NCBI RefSeq assembly: GCF_032191835.1
Contig: NC_083230.1
Coordinates: forward strand, 72,354,001 to 72,418,000
Reading direction: 5' to 3'
DNA length: 64,000 nucleotides
Source of the DNA: Heteronotia binoei
Taxonomy: Eukaryota
The notes under the pieces were generated by a model. That model had not been told where the DNA came from and did no database searches. It was given only the letters and a program-made list of their open reading frames with translations. The position numbers and the translations under genes were made by a program. Below are positions 35,715-48,664 of the stretch, piece by piece (position 1 is the stretch's first letter; each line of letters opens with the position of its first letter).

Positions 35715-38215
35715 AGGGTTTGATTCCCCACTCCTTTATATGAAGCCTGGGTGACCTTGGGCCAGTTACAGTTCTCTCAGACTCACCTACCTCATATGGT
35801 GACTGTTGTGGGGAAATGAAAGGAAGGTGAATGTAAGCTGCTTTGAGACTCCTTAGGGTAGAGAAAAATGGGGTAAAAAAACCAATTCTTCTTCTCTCCT
35901 AAGCGCCCTCAACATCCTGTGAATAATCATCCTTACCTGTTGCTTAGCGTTGCATAAATCTCAAAGCTGTGTTCATTGTGAGCACTGGGACTGAGGCCAG
36001 ATCCTATATCTGGCACAAAGCAACTAGTTGTATTCTTGCACCATTTCAGGGATCCTTTCAGCAAATCTCACCTACCTTTGCCTTGTTTTAGTTGACTTCA
36101 GAAGTCAACAATAAGCTGCAGCTCTGACTGCTATCATGCCTCAACCTAAACATTTTGGCTGCATTGGTACATCTGGTTGTCACCGCTTTGATATAAAGCA
36201 ATCGAGAGAAGATTCCTCCAAGGAACAACATACTCAAAATGGAAGACAAGAGGTAGCAGAAGGACTCTGCAGAGACATAGCTTCTCTTCTGTGGAGCTGG
36301 CATATAGTCTTTTGTTCCAGCAGCAGTCCTGAGTTGACAAGGAGGCTTCCAAACACTTTTGTCTTTTTTGCCCCAGTAAAGACAAAAGGCACACATTCTG
36401 GTCAAACAAATTGCATAGTAAAGCAATTTGAGTAGGAAATGACTAAAGATAAAAACAATATTTCAAAATAGGTAAGAAATCAAGACAGGTTGAGAGATCT
36501 TTAGGGGGAAAGGGATGCTAAAGGCAAAGAGAGCAATTGCAAGGGGTCTAAATAAAATGTGTGCATCTGTCATCAAATGATGCTGGAAAAATACCTATCC
36601 CTTAATCCTTTTTCTAGAAAGAGAAAGTTAATATCATAATGATGTACCCCAGTGAATAACAATGTCATCCTAAGCAGAGTTACACTCTTTCAAGCCCATG
36701 GACTTCAACAGTCTTAGAAGTGTGAAACTGTGCTTAAGATTTTACTGTAAATGCAATACAATGATTTAAAAAGAATGAATCCTGCATCAAGCTTGTAATC
36801 TTCTTCTTCTTTTTGTTAATAAAATGATTGGCTTCCTAACCTTAAGATCACACTGCTGTCATGTACAATATCCTTTGAACTGCTCCTAAAATGTCCACCA
36901 TCTAAACTCAGAATATTGCCTACAATTTCATGAAGAATGTCAACGGGATTTTTTTTTTTAAAAAAAAAGCACAATAATTTGACAATGGACAGGATTCTGC
37001 ATTTTTCACATGAGAAGTACAGTGTCAGTGCCTGAAATATTATGCTCACCTTGAATGCTTGTGCTGGATTCCATTTTATTGGCAGAAACAAAGGACTGAG
37101 GCACTGGCTTTTTTTTTTATTATTTCCAAGGGCTTATCTAATGCACTTCACATTGGACATACAACCTTTCCTGTGGCTGCATTTTCTTGGTCCTTTGAAT
37201 GATTTAGTAATAGCAGTTAATGATGCAAAATGGGTTTCAATAGTGATTTTACTAGCCAAATGAATCACAGGCTGATAAGGGAAATCAGCAGTCTTCTGAC
37301 GTGCACTAAATTGCTAAATGGCCAATTCAACATATCTCAGAGGAGAAGTTAACAGTAGGAGGTACTCAGGGAAGAAAAATAGAGCAACATGTCTACTTTA
37401 CAGTCAGAACGAGTTTTAAATGCATTAAAATATGACCTCTGTTTTTCTTTCTGGAGTTGTTTTTCAAAGAAGTCAATGCTGCTTTCTTAGCACTAAGCTG
37501 ACCCTTTTTCCTGTGCCAACATACAGTTTTGAAATTGCTTTTTTTCTCACTTTTTTGTACATTAACTTTCTGTAATGCAGCCTCCACACTATTATTTCAA
37601 AACATGAACATGATTATCTTGCTTTGTAATTAGCATCAACATAACTTGCTTTTGACTGTTGTTTAAATGTTGTGCTATTTATTTATTGGGAAAATGATAC
37701 AAACTAAGTAACATCTTGTTAAAGCATGACAGAGAATCCAACACCAATGTAATGCACTACTCTTAGGGTAGTCATCACATATAATGACCCTTGGTATTTC
37801 ATTTTAATTCTTTTATAAAGAAAAAATAGATGGTGTCTCTCAACGCGATTCTTGAGAAGTGGTTTATTAGGCAAGTCTGGGTAGCATTTTATGGAGCATA
37901 GCTTTTCTTGAGTTTTAAATAAATTTTACTCCTGGTGACAGCTTAATAAATATTTTACTAGGATATTAGCTATAAATTTATTAATATCAGTAGTGGACAA
38001 AAATGATAGCCCAAATATTTTGAGGCAAAAGTAGAACTGTGAGGCAGGAAATGGAATGGAAGAAGAGATGAAGTTTTTAGCAAGCTCAGTTGTTAGAAGG
38101 CTGAAACAAGAAAATCACACATGAAAGAGAAATAATAATTTGTTTTCCAATAATGTGGATGCGTAGAGAGGCCTAGTGGTAAATAAGGCAGTTCTGTGAA
38201 TTTCTATACATAGAA

Positions 38216-38820
38216 CAGGGGTCTCAACAACATGCAGCCTGGGGGCCAAATCAGGCCCATGGAGGGCTCCTATCAGGTCCCCAAGTAACTGTCTGTCATC
38301 TACTTCCTTCTCCCTCTCTCTTGCTTCCTTCTGTATCATGGTTTGCTTTGCAAGGCTTGCTCAATCACTCAGGAGCTACAGAGCAAAATCTCTATTTTCT
38401 CCATTGGCTGAGGCTCCTTCCTATGGAGGAAGGATAGCTTGCTTTGCCAAGCTCTCTCAATCGCACAGCACAGCTACTGAACCAAGCCTCTCTTCTTTCT
38501 ATTGACTGAGGATTCTCCCCCTCCTGGTCCCTTGGAGAAAGAATGAAAGAGCCAGAGCTTCCTTTGCCCAGTTCTCTGAATCCCATGGGAGAAATACAAA
38601 GGAAGCACCTTTAAAACCAATGAGTGCTAATGTTTTAAGCATGTTTTATTTTAAGTTTTAAAAAATCTTTTACTGTGTTTGTCTGTGTCCTTTATAAAGT
38701 TTATATCTCTGCTACCTAATCTGAAATAGGTACACACATGGTCCAGCCCAACACAGCCCAGCCCAACAAGGTCTCATTTATCTCCGATCTGACCCTCATA
38801 ACAGATGAGTGACGCCCCTG
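38216..38820. mobile_element. hAT (Charlie-like) non-autonomous element
   Basis: CAGGGGTCTC...GACGCCCCTG termini; TSD ACATAGAA / CCATAGAA (7 of 8 match). Confidence 0.8.
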
Positions 38821-40269
38821 CCATAGAAACAGTGCCTAGGAGATGGTGCTAGGAAGTACAAGATTGCCTCATGGTGCTGATAACTGGGATCAGCACAGGT
38901 TCAGGTTTACTATCGAAGGGCACCAGTAGACTAGATGCTTCACAATTCCAGAAGCTTCATTTTTGTTGTAGGACTGTAATTCAGGTTTTTTTTTTAAGCT
39001 AATGGTAATCAGAACAGAAATTATAATCAGGGAGAAAATTATCTCAATTTTTCTGTTATTTTTCTTGTTGGGTCTGAAAAGGCTCTGGATTTCATGCATT
39101 GATTAGACTGTTAGTGATTAACAGAACATGACAGGTCAAACATAGTTTCTTTCAATAACCATACCAAGACAGTTTGAGTCAATTTTCTCTATCCTTAAAA
39201 TTCTTAGTCATATTTTTACCTGGATGAAGGAATTGTTCAGTCATGAAACACATCTCCCCAAAAATCATGCTTCTCTTGGGCAATGATGACTACATACCAG
39301 CTGGAAATCACCTCCTATCAGACTGTATACTGGAAACATTTCTGAATTTTCCAAAGACCTAGAATGTAGTTCTCGCAGTGAGGAACACCTTTTATGTTTC
39401 AGTCCACTGTGACATGTAGAAACTAGAACTACATCATAGAAGAAGCTGAACTCAGAATGTAATCCTTATAAAACTGTGAGTAAATAAGGGTTTATTGAGG
39501 AATTAGCATACTTGATAGGAAAGAGGAAAGACATAGAGGAATCTATCTCTAACTACATCTCTAGGAGAGAGAGAGGGTAAGACTGAGTGTGGCACTTCCA
39601 AGAAGAAAGGGGAAATTGCCCTGAGAATAGCAATCTGTGTTTCCCAAAGTGGGCGATATTGCCCCCTGGAGTGCGCTGGAATGATCCAGGGGGACAGTAG
39701 TAGCCTTGGGTGCAATTGGGGGGCAGTGAATAAAAATAAGGGAGTGGTGGAAGCATAAAGGGAGAAGAGAAGAGGGTGGGAGGTGTCAAAACATCACGTT
39801 TCTGGGAGGGGTCCAGAATTTCTAATTTAGAGAAAAATTCCAATTAATAAAAATAGAGGGTTCCTTTTTGTCTGCTACTTAGTGAAATTTCAGCCAATTA
39901 GACTAGTAATGAGGACCAGAACTCTTTCCAATTAAAATATAAGAAGGATGCAGTTTATTTACAAGACAGACAAACAAGAAAGACAGAAAAAAACCCTTAC
40001 TAGTCTATCCTAGCCAACACTTGCTATAGCTAGCAGCTTCTCAAGGTTGCTTGCAGTTTCTCTCTCAGCAATACAGTTCAAGTCAGGAGAGTGGAAGCAC
40101 TGAGGCAATTACAAAAACTTCTCTGAAGAGTTTCAACCTGTAGCTTGCTCCTCACAAGGTTTTCTGCAGAGCATCAAGCTTCTTACAGTTCTCTGGTTAC
40201 CAGGTGGTTGCTTCTGTTGATTTCAGTCAACCACAATGCCCCAGACACAGAGACCAATTTTCCACTCAT

Positions 40270-40491
40270 CTTAAGTGGCTCTCAAACTCCTCTTCTCAGC
40301 AGGACTTCCCTTTAATTTCACACTATTTGCCCCAGGGCTGCAGCTTGCATCCGCTTTTTCATGCCACAAACTGGGTTTTAGAGGTTTCTGTTTGCAGTGC
40401 GAAAAAGCTGAAGCTAGCTGCAGCTCCCAGGCAGATAGTGTGAAATCAGAGGGAAGTCCCGCTGAGAAGAGGAGCTTGGGAGCAGCGTAAG
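40270..40491. mobile_element. Older fold-back MITE
   Basis: Imperfect inverted arms of about 90 bp (CTCTTCTCAGCAGGACTTCCCT...TTTCACACTAT vs ATAGTGTGAAA...AGGGAAGTCCCGCTGAGAAGAG). Confidence 0.7.
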
Positions 40492-42559
40492 ACAACTGGG
40501 AAATCAGTCAGAGTGTCTTCTCAGGGTTGCCACTAAAATTTTATTTTTCTCTTCCCTGACCAACATTTATCAGTTTCCCTGACCACCATTCAAATATAAC
40601 CACAAGTTAAAAAATGAATAGGTTGTGTTGCATTAATGCAAGGCTTAATGAAATGTTCTACTCTACAACTAAACAAGTCTCAACTGCAAAAATATTTGTC
40701 AAAGTAAGAGATTAATATCAGCTTCTTTCAACATTAACAGCAGCAACATCTATTTTGCAATTGCACCAAAAATTACATCAAGATGCAAACTTCAACTCAA
40801 GTAAACTCTGAATGCTAACAAGTAGAAACTTTCCAAAGCTGGGAAAGTTTCACTTTCACTTGCTGGTTCCAGAAAGTGTAATGAGCAGATCAGCAAGAAA
40901 GGAGGTGGAGTTTCTGCAATCTAGAGAAGCAGACAACCCGCATTTGCAACCTTTATGCATGGGAGAAGTCAGGAAAGAGGGTGAGAGAGCTGATACTCTG
41001 TAAACTCCAGCAGGAACAATCACATTCGCAAAATTTACTTTGCATGGTGCAGAGTAGAAAGTGCTAGTTGTCTATTAAATCCAACAATGACAAAATTCAT
41101 TTGCAACTCTGTTCTGGGTTTAGCAGGAGATAAAACATCCATTCCATACACAAGCATGACCCAAAAACATGCTTATTTTTATATGTAAGTTAAATGCAGC
41201 AGGGGCATAGCTAGGGCTTTGGGGGCCTGGGGCCCAAGATTTATGTGGGCCCCCCTATGTTTGTGCACGCCGCCAGAAACAGGATATGATGTCACTTCCT
41301 GAAGGTTGGCAACTCTACTGGAAAAAGAGTTAAAGAACTCAGGCACTACCACAGAAAAGCCTTGCCTGTGATGCCCTCCCCTTAGCATTTAAATGTGGGG
41401 ATGGAGAGTAAGAAGATTACAATGCTGAACAATTCAATGGGGTGGGTCCTGCCCCTAGCCTATCACCCCACTGATCCAAGTGTATTTATTTATTACAATA
41501 TTTATATCCCAGCCTTTCCTTTTGGCTCAAGTTTGAAACCTTCCTCCAATCTAAGTGGCTGTAAGTGGTACCGAATAGAGAAATATCTTACCAAACATGA
41601 TATTCTCTCAAAAAATCGCTTCTCCCACGATCTGCTCTACTTTAAAAATGATTTATGTTATTAAATGTTTAATGAATAAGTGAGTTTATAATATAAATCT
41701 GTTTAACTTTATTCTTACCCTGTGGAGTTTTAAGTATCCAAGATTGTTTATTTCCATATTTGTATCCTTTGTTTTTCTCTTTGTTGTACACTATGACCTC
41801 ACCAGTGCTTTTGTTTGATTTTTTTTGTTATATGTATATTGTTTTTTTTAAAAAAACTGATTATTATAATAATAGATACAAATAAATTTTAAAAGGAATA
41901 AGGCTTTTGACCCTTGCCTTTGGTCAGACAGTAATTATCAGAATAACTTCATCTAGGTCAGTTTAGGATAAATGAATGTGGTATAGTTATGTCAGGAGCC
42001 ATGTTTAGCATTATTAGTTTGACTACTGAGCAAGGGTCAATATTTCTCACTTATAGATGACATTTTATATTATCAATGGTAATTAGGCTAATGTGGGGAC
42101 CAATTCCTGTATATTTTTGCACATTTGTTTATATTTTTAATTTTTTAATTTAATTAACATTATTATTGGGCCTATACATTTATATTTTCTTAACCTTCTT
42201 GTACTTACTTCGGTTTGGATTGGGTTAAATTTATTCTCCTCACCCCCTTTTTCTCATTTTCAGTTAAGATTAAAAATGACCCATTATAAAAACTACATGT
42301 GTAATCTTTAATAATCTGTTTATATTTAGAGGCCCCTCATGATCTGAGTCCTTAAACTCAAGTTGGCTTAGTTTGGACATAAATCCAGCTCTGGTTCCTC
42401 CATATCTTTACCTGTGAATTCAAATAATCTTTCCCCATAAGGCATGCAAAGGCCAATGCTGGCACAAATTGGGGGAAGGAGGGGCTCCTATATAGTTTGA
42501 GTACACCCAATGCTCAGCCCTACAGTTTTTTGTGTGTGGGATATTTTTGTATTTTCATG

Positions 42560-42770
42560 TGTGTGTGTCCACACTTGGAAGTAATGATGACCTCTGGTGA
42601 CCCACCTCTACTGGAGGCCTGAAAGATATTCAGGGAGGTGGCTGAATAAGCCTGCCCCTCTCCTCCAGAATGGGTATTTCAAGGAAGTATCCCATCCAAG
42701 TACTAACCACAGTTGACCCTGCTTAGCTTCCAAGATCTGATGAGACTGAGTTTACCTGGGCTAACCAGCC
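42560..42770 (-). mobile_element. 5S rRNA-derived SINE
   Basis: The minus strand reads CTCATCAGATCTTGGAAGCTAAGCAAGGGTCAACTGTGGTTAGTACTTGGATGGGA, a diverged 5S head with A and C boxes, followed by a non-5S body. Confidence 0.7.
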
Positions 42771-43369
42771 ATAAATCTGAATGTGTTCAACGGGGCTTAC
42801 AGTCGAAGTGAGCCCAAATGTCCCAGCCTGAATCTGATCATCCCTGTGTTGTCAAATCAAATAACAAAACAAAAATTAATCCCAGGGTTGCCCAAGAGGG
42901 AAAAAAGCCTCAAGTCTAGTTCTACCCAAACAGCAGCTCAGGTTGAAAACCTGCCTGTGACAAATTCCTCTGGCTCTGAAGGCCTCCCAAGATTGAAGGT
43001 TTTCAGTTTTAAATTAAAATCTCAATACAAAGAAAACTGCCATAGATGTATCTAAACCTACTGCACTGCTAACTGGCATTCTTGATGTCTAATCAATTCC
43101 ACCCCCACCACCCCCCCCCTGGCCAAAATCTAGCAATCTGCCTTAAGTTTCAGCAGAAAAGCGCGGGTCACTTTAAAAATGATTACCAGAACTCCCTTCA
43201 GAGTCCAGTCCTGCTTGTCACAATCTTGCTCCACCTGCAAAGTCCCCAGATATTTCCTGAGTCGGACCTGGCAACCCTAGCGTGATGTGGGATTGTCATT
43301 GTACCTTCTTCACAACCAAGTCAATGACAAAGTAGTTTGGTTTGCCCGGGATGTAACTTGGAAGTACAA

Positions 43370-43903
43370 AAGAATGCAGCCTCACGCGTCTATAGAAACG
43401 TGTAAAGGAAAGAGTTCCTGCAACAGCGGCCGCTCCTTCCCCCCTCCCCTCCCTTAACCAACCACGGGCTAGAAAGCCCCGCATCTTTGGATGCGAAGGC
43501 CGACCTGGCGTGGCAACTGCTTCCCTCTCCTCCCCCCCCACAAAAAACCCCCCAAACCGCAACCCTGAATGCTGGGCGAGGAAGGCAGCCCGCCCTGCAG
43601 GCAAGGAGGGGCGGGATTCACCTGCAACGCTGGCCAGGAGGCGCCGCGCTGGCTGGCAAGGTTGCGTTGGGAGGGCGGAAAGAGGAAGCGGGAGAGCTCT
43701 CGCTAGTTACCGGCCGGGGGCGGCAGCAGGCAGCTTTCCCAAGGGCACTCGAAGACGCAGCGCTTGCTTGCTTGCTTAGCGGCCGGAGCACTGAGCTGGG
43801 ACACGGCCATTGTTCGGGACCCCCCTTGGCAATTGCGGGGGCCCCCCAGACCCCCCAGACCTGGGGCGACCCGCCCCCCCCGCCCCCCCTCCCTACGCCA
43901 CTG
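43370..43903. promoter_or_regulatory. CpG-island-like, GC-rich segment with GC boxes
   Basis: High CpG density with GGGGCGGG and GGGCGG boxes against an AT-rich, CpG-poor background. Promoter function is not shown. Confidence 0.45.
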
Positions 43904-44929
43904 AAATGCAGTACTAGCAGGTAGGGATGAAAACAGATGTTTAAAGTTTGTATATTGCTAAACGTTTAAACTAGCCTTGCTTTGCCAATGCTACAGGCAG
44001 ACTTTGGAAATCATACAGGGACAGAGCTCAACAAACACATTAGGCTGGTTGCTGGGGGTGGAGCTGAGAAAAATGTGGAACTGGGAAAGGGCATCATTAA
44101 GTTTTACGTGTATTCTGCTAGTTCTCTATTCCAGTTGCCACAAGAACAGATCATGCTCTTGCAGCAGCAGGTAAAAAATCCACTGCTTGAATATATTTTA
44201 CTCACAATTTCCATGACTTTCCCTGACCAATTTCCATTTCCCTGACTTTCCAGAAAGTGGCAGCCCTGCTTCTGCAGGGCCAGCACATGGGAGTATGTGA
44301 GTAAGCGACCATCTAGGGTGCCACCCTGCCAGGGGGTGCTGCCCCTTACTCCCCCTTCCCTTGTGGCATGATTGTGGCAGCCAGCAGGCAAGCCAAGAGC
44401 CCCAGGCAGTGCTGCCACACTGCCGCTTTTCTTTGCAGGGCAAACATTGCCTGCGCTTGTCATAGGCTCCCAAGGAAGCTTCCAAAGAGTGCCCCATTTT
44501 ACTGCTGCCTGCTGCTTTCAGGTTGAAAGCGGCTGGGCGGTGGCACCTTTCCATTGCGTTAGTTGGAGCTGACAAGGGGAGGGTGGATAATAATTATAAA
44601 GAAATTTCAAAAATTTTCTGTGTATGGGAATGTTACTATGGTTGATTTTATAAAATAATTTTAGAATTTCAAGCTTCAAAGTGTCTTCTTTACATCTTTG
44701 TTTAATCTGTGTGCAAATATGTCGTTGCATCTTTTAGTCCACTTTTTGAAGGTGGATTTCCAGGCAGGCACTGTGTAACTTGTTTTCTGAAAAGGGGGCA
44801 TTAGGCTAAATAAGTTTGGGAACCTCTGCTGTAGACAGAAGGAATGACACTTAAAATGAGAGAAAGTGCTGACCTCACTATCCTAATTGTTTTCTTGCTG
44901 TCCCCTGCAGGTGTTCTCTTTTTCTTTGT

Positions 44930-45725
44930 AGGGATCTACAACAAGCCTTTTTGGAACTGAAGTACCCACCTGATGAAGTCAGGAAACAGATTAACAAAAC
45001 CAGAATAGTACCCAGAGAAAACCTGTTACAGGACAGGCCCCAAAGAGACAACAATAGAATACCACTAGTAGTTACATACAACTCTCAACTCACAACAGTT
45101 CAATGCATCATCAATGACTTACAACCTCTACTAGACAATGACAGTTCTCTTTCACAAGTACTGGGGGGCAAAATTTTTCTTGCACACAGACAACCCCTCA
45201 GTCTCAAACAATCCCTCACCCACAATAAGGCAATATTTGTTTTGAACACAGGCACTGGTACCAAAGCTTTCAGTAAACCCAAATGCCAACTTTGTTGCCA
45301 TATACACCCAGACAACACAATCACTGGATCTAACAACATCAACTACAACATCTCAGGCTCCATCACTTGCTCATCTTCTAACATTGTATATGCCATTAAG
45401 TGCCAACAATGACCTTCTGTTCTCTACATAGGACAAATAGTCAAACCCTACACCAAAGGATAAATGGACACGAATCACACATCATGAATCACAAAACTGA
45501 GAAACCTGTAAGTGAACACTTCATCTTTCCAAGAGATTCAATGGGTGACCTCAAATTACTGCAAAGGAACTTCAAGAACAGAATGGGAAGAGAAATTGCT
45601 GAATTACAAATTATTACAACACTTAGAACAAACACCTCTCCAGGACTTAACAGGGATATTGGTTTTTTATCTCACTACATATGCTAAACTCATTCAGTAC
45701 TTACATCTGTACTCTCACCAAGCAG
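44930..45725 (+). mobile_element. Penelope-like element (Neptune-type) RT C-terminus plus GIY-YIG endonuclease, pseudogenised
   Basis: DLQQAFLELKYPPDEVRKQI, RIPLVVTY, CQLC.HI, TCSSSNIVYAIKCQQ(C)..LYIG.T..TL.QRINGH, KPVSEHF, GLNRD. Confidence 0.85.
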
Positions 45726-45729
45726 GGCT

Positions 45730-45990
45730 ATAAAGGTAAAGGTAGTCCCCTGTGCAAGCACCAGTCATTTCCAACTCTGGGGTGACGTCACATCACGACA
45801 TTTTCATGGCAGACTTTTTATGGGGTGGTTTGCCATTGCCTTCCTCAGTCATCTACACCTTATTCCCCAGCAAGCTGGGTACTCATTTTACCGACCTCAG
45901 AAGGATGGAAGGCTGAGTCAAGCTTGAGATGGCTACCTGAACGCAGCTTCCACCGGGATCGAACTCAGGTAGTGAGCAGAGAGCAGGGCT
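45730..45990 (-). mobile_element. Sauria SINE (BovB-related tail)
   Basis: TAAAGGTAAAGGTAGTCCCCTGTGCAAG...GCAAGCTGGGTACTCATTTTACCGACCTCAGAAGGATGGAAGGCTGAGTC. Confidence 0.85.
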
Positions 45991-46344
45991 ATACATCCTC
46001 TTTATTTTAGTGTATTTCTTATTAGAAATAGCAGAATAGCAATTGTAATTGTAGTGCGATGAATTAGAGTGGAATTTTGGAATGCACTCCTCTGCTGAGA
46101 AAAAGATACTATCATTTACCTTCACCTTTGAGAGGAGACTGACAACAGGGTCATATAATCACTCTTAACATTCTTAAAACTCTGAGACATTTATTTGCCT
46201 GTTTTCTCCAGGAATTGAATCTGAACTTTGAACTTAGCTTGTTATTTTTGTTTGCATATGCTAAAACATTTCAGTATATTGTATGCTTGTATACTAATTT
46301 GCTGTTCAACCTCTGCATTTTATATATATATGGACAGGCAAGTC

Positions 46345-46455
46345 TGATACTCTGATTCCATCCCGTTTGACAAAGTGTGCATGCACACAAAAGCTCACAT
46401 CCTGAATAAAACTGTTATTAGTCTTAAAGGTGCTATTGGACTCTAACTTTGTCTC
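46345..46455 (+). mobile_element. PLE terminal repeat with a decayed hammerhead core
   Basis: GT-TTGACAA-A-GTGTGC-AT-GCACAC-AAAA-GCTC-AC followed by TTAGTCTTAAAGGTGCTATTGGACTC. Confidence 0.7.
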
Positions 46456-47099
46456 TTTGTACCCCAGACATTGCTTTTTTCAACAAACATGACCTGCTAA
46501 CTTGTGAATACATGTATTGTTTTAATGATACTCTAAATTTCTAGATTTGTCTTCTGTGAAAAAAACAAACAAAAACACCTTATCCTGTGGAATGAAACAA
46601 AACTTCCTCTTCTTGGGATGTGGCTTACAGAAAATCATGAAGCATAAATCAGTCACAAACTAATTTATATCCCATTTTTATTTTGGAATACAATCCATTA
46701 TGCAAACAAATATAGAGTACAATGCACTTGTCTTTGTTTAATAAATAAATGAAATTACTCACATGTTAATATTAACTCAACTTTTTAGTTTTCATAACTA
46801 ATTTTCATTTCCATTGCCATATATGTCTTAAAGTAACACTATAATTGTGTCACTTCTAGTTTACACTTTCTGAGTAGATTCATAATGAGCACTTGGGACC
46901 TTGAAAGCCTAGCAAAATGTGCAAGTAAGATTTAAAAACTTTAAATTGAAAACTTTTAAAAAACATTTCATTATAACTGCATAATGAAAGACATCATTGA
47001 TCAAACAGATTGTATTAGATTTGGGTGTTAAGAAGTCTTGTAATCATATATGTTTAAGCTTCAAATTTTCATTGTTTTATCTTTTAGATTTATCAAAAG

Positions 47100-47345
47100 C
47101 CAGTTTATTTAGAGCTGGTTTGTTGTAGTGATTAAGGGCATGGACTTTTATCTAGGAGAACCGGGTTTGATTCCCCACTTCTTCACCTGCACTTTCACTT
47201 GCTGTTCTTCTCAAGAGCAGTCTCAGAGAGCTCTCTCAGTCCCACCTATTTCACTGTCTGTTGTGGGGAGGGGAAGAGAAAGGAGATTGTAAGGCACTCT
47301 GAGACTCTAAGTGAAGGGCGTGGTATAAATCCAACCTCCTCCTCT
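47100..47345 (+). mobile_element. Squam3-like tRNA SINE
   Basis: tRNA-like head (GTAGTGATTAAG...GGGTTTGATTCCCCAC) and an L2-like 3' tail. Confidence 0.75.
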
Positions 47346-48664
47346 GGCTGGAAAACCATGATATGTACAACATACTGGCATGGGAGTATATGCATATGAA
47401 CCTAAAAGGCTACTTGTGGCCCAATTCAGTGCAATGCTGATCTACTTGCCAAGCACAGGTTCAGCTCTTGACATCTCCACAGTGGAGCATCTGGAGTATC
47501 AGTACTTCCTGTAATCCTGGAGAGGGTTCTGACTCAGTAATGCTGCTGAGTATTTTTATATATGATCAAGTGCATGCAAAAGTTCTTAGTGCCCTTAGGC
47601 TGGAATTCAGTGGCATAGTAATACTGTACAAAAATGGTGACAAATTTGGTTTATAGCCCAAATACTGTTTATACTCCAACAGGAAGACATTTCATATCCA
47701 AATGAATATGAAATCTATTGACAACAGAGATTAAATAATTTGAAACAAACCTGAATATGAGGAGTGCCTAGCTTTGTTTTGGAATATTCATAATTCAAAA
47801 TGAAACAGGGAATTTTGTCTCAGACCTGGAATATATGAATGCACACCCCTAATAGAGAATCTATATACTGATAGAGTATATATATACTCTCTCTCCTCTA
47901 ATATTATAGTTTTCAACAAAGGCCAGCAGCTATACTTCCCCACTTGTTGTTCCCAATATCTGGTAGTCAGTGGCATGCCGTGTCTGAACACACCTGGTTC
48001 ATATCTGTTGATGGACTTACTATCCATAAATTTCTCAAATGCTTTTTAAAAAAGCAGTCCGTTTGCTTTTTTAAAAAAACAATAAAACATGTTACATCGA
48101 GGCAATGTGAATCAGAATTTAATTAAATGCTGCATGAAGTATTACTTTTTTTTTGTCTGTTCTGAACCTACTGTGAATCAGTTTCACTATGTGAACATGA
48201 ATTCTGGTGAAATGAAAAGAGGAAAAAAATCTCTGTCCACTTTCCCCACTCCATTCATAATTTATCAACCTGCACCATTCTAGTGCTTGAATGACGAGAG
48301 GTTAGCCCCCACCCATTTCCCTATCTATCTAGTGCATTTTAATGCTGCCCTTCCCCCAGAAAGTTCAGGGTGGTGTACAGTGTTCCTCCTTTCCCATTTC
48401 ATCTTCACAGTAACACTACAAAGTAGGTTTGGCTGAAAGACTGTTTGCCACACATTCACATTAATTCAACTGCAAGCTTGACCCAAAAATGACCCCAGTA
48501 CACACAGATCTTTGTTTTAAAGTTAGTGTTCTATCATGGGTTGTGTTTCTTAATTCTACAAGGGGGGGGCTTAACCCTTCCCTGTACATTCCAGTTTACC
48601 CCTTCAATTGGCGCCAGAATATTTCCAAAACATTTCCCCCATGTCAGTTCATAACCAGACGTAA

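Larger units (their letters stand above)
41200..43903. mobile_element. 2.7-kb hAT-type non-autonomous element with nested repeats and a CpG-rich right end
   Basis: Termini CAGGGGCATAG...CTACGCCACTG; perfect 8-bp TSD AAATGCAG (41192-41199, 43904-43911). Confidence 0.72.

Noticed and set aside
36076-36919. Possible minus-strand exons (36841-36919 NILSLDGGHFRSSSKDIVHDSSVILR; donor at 36075)
   Set aside because: The acceptor is weak, the neighbouring candidate has stops in all frames, and the peptide is unrecognised.
42672-42768. 5S rRNA gene; likewise tRNA genes at the SINE heads
   Set aside because: Partial, diverged and attached to SINE bodies.
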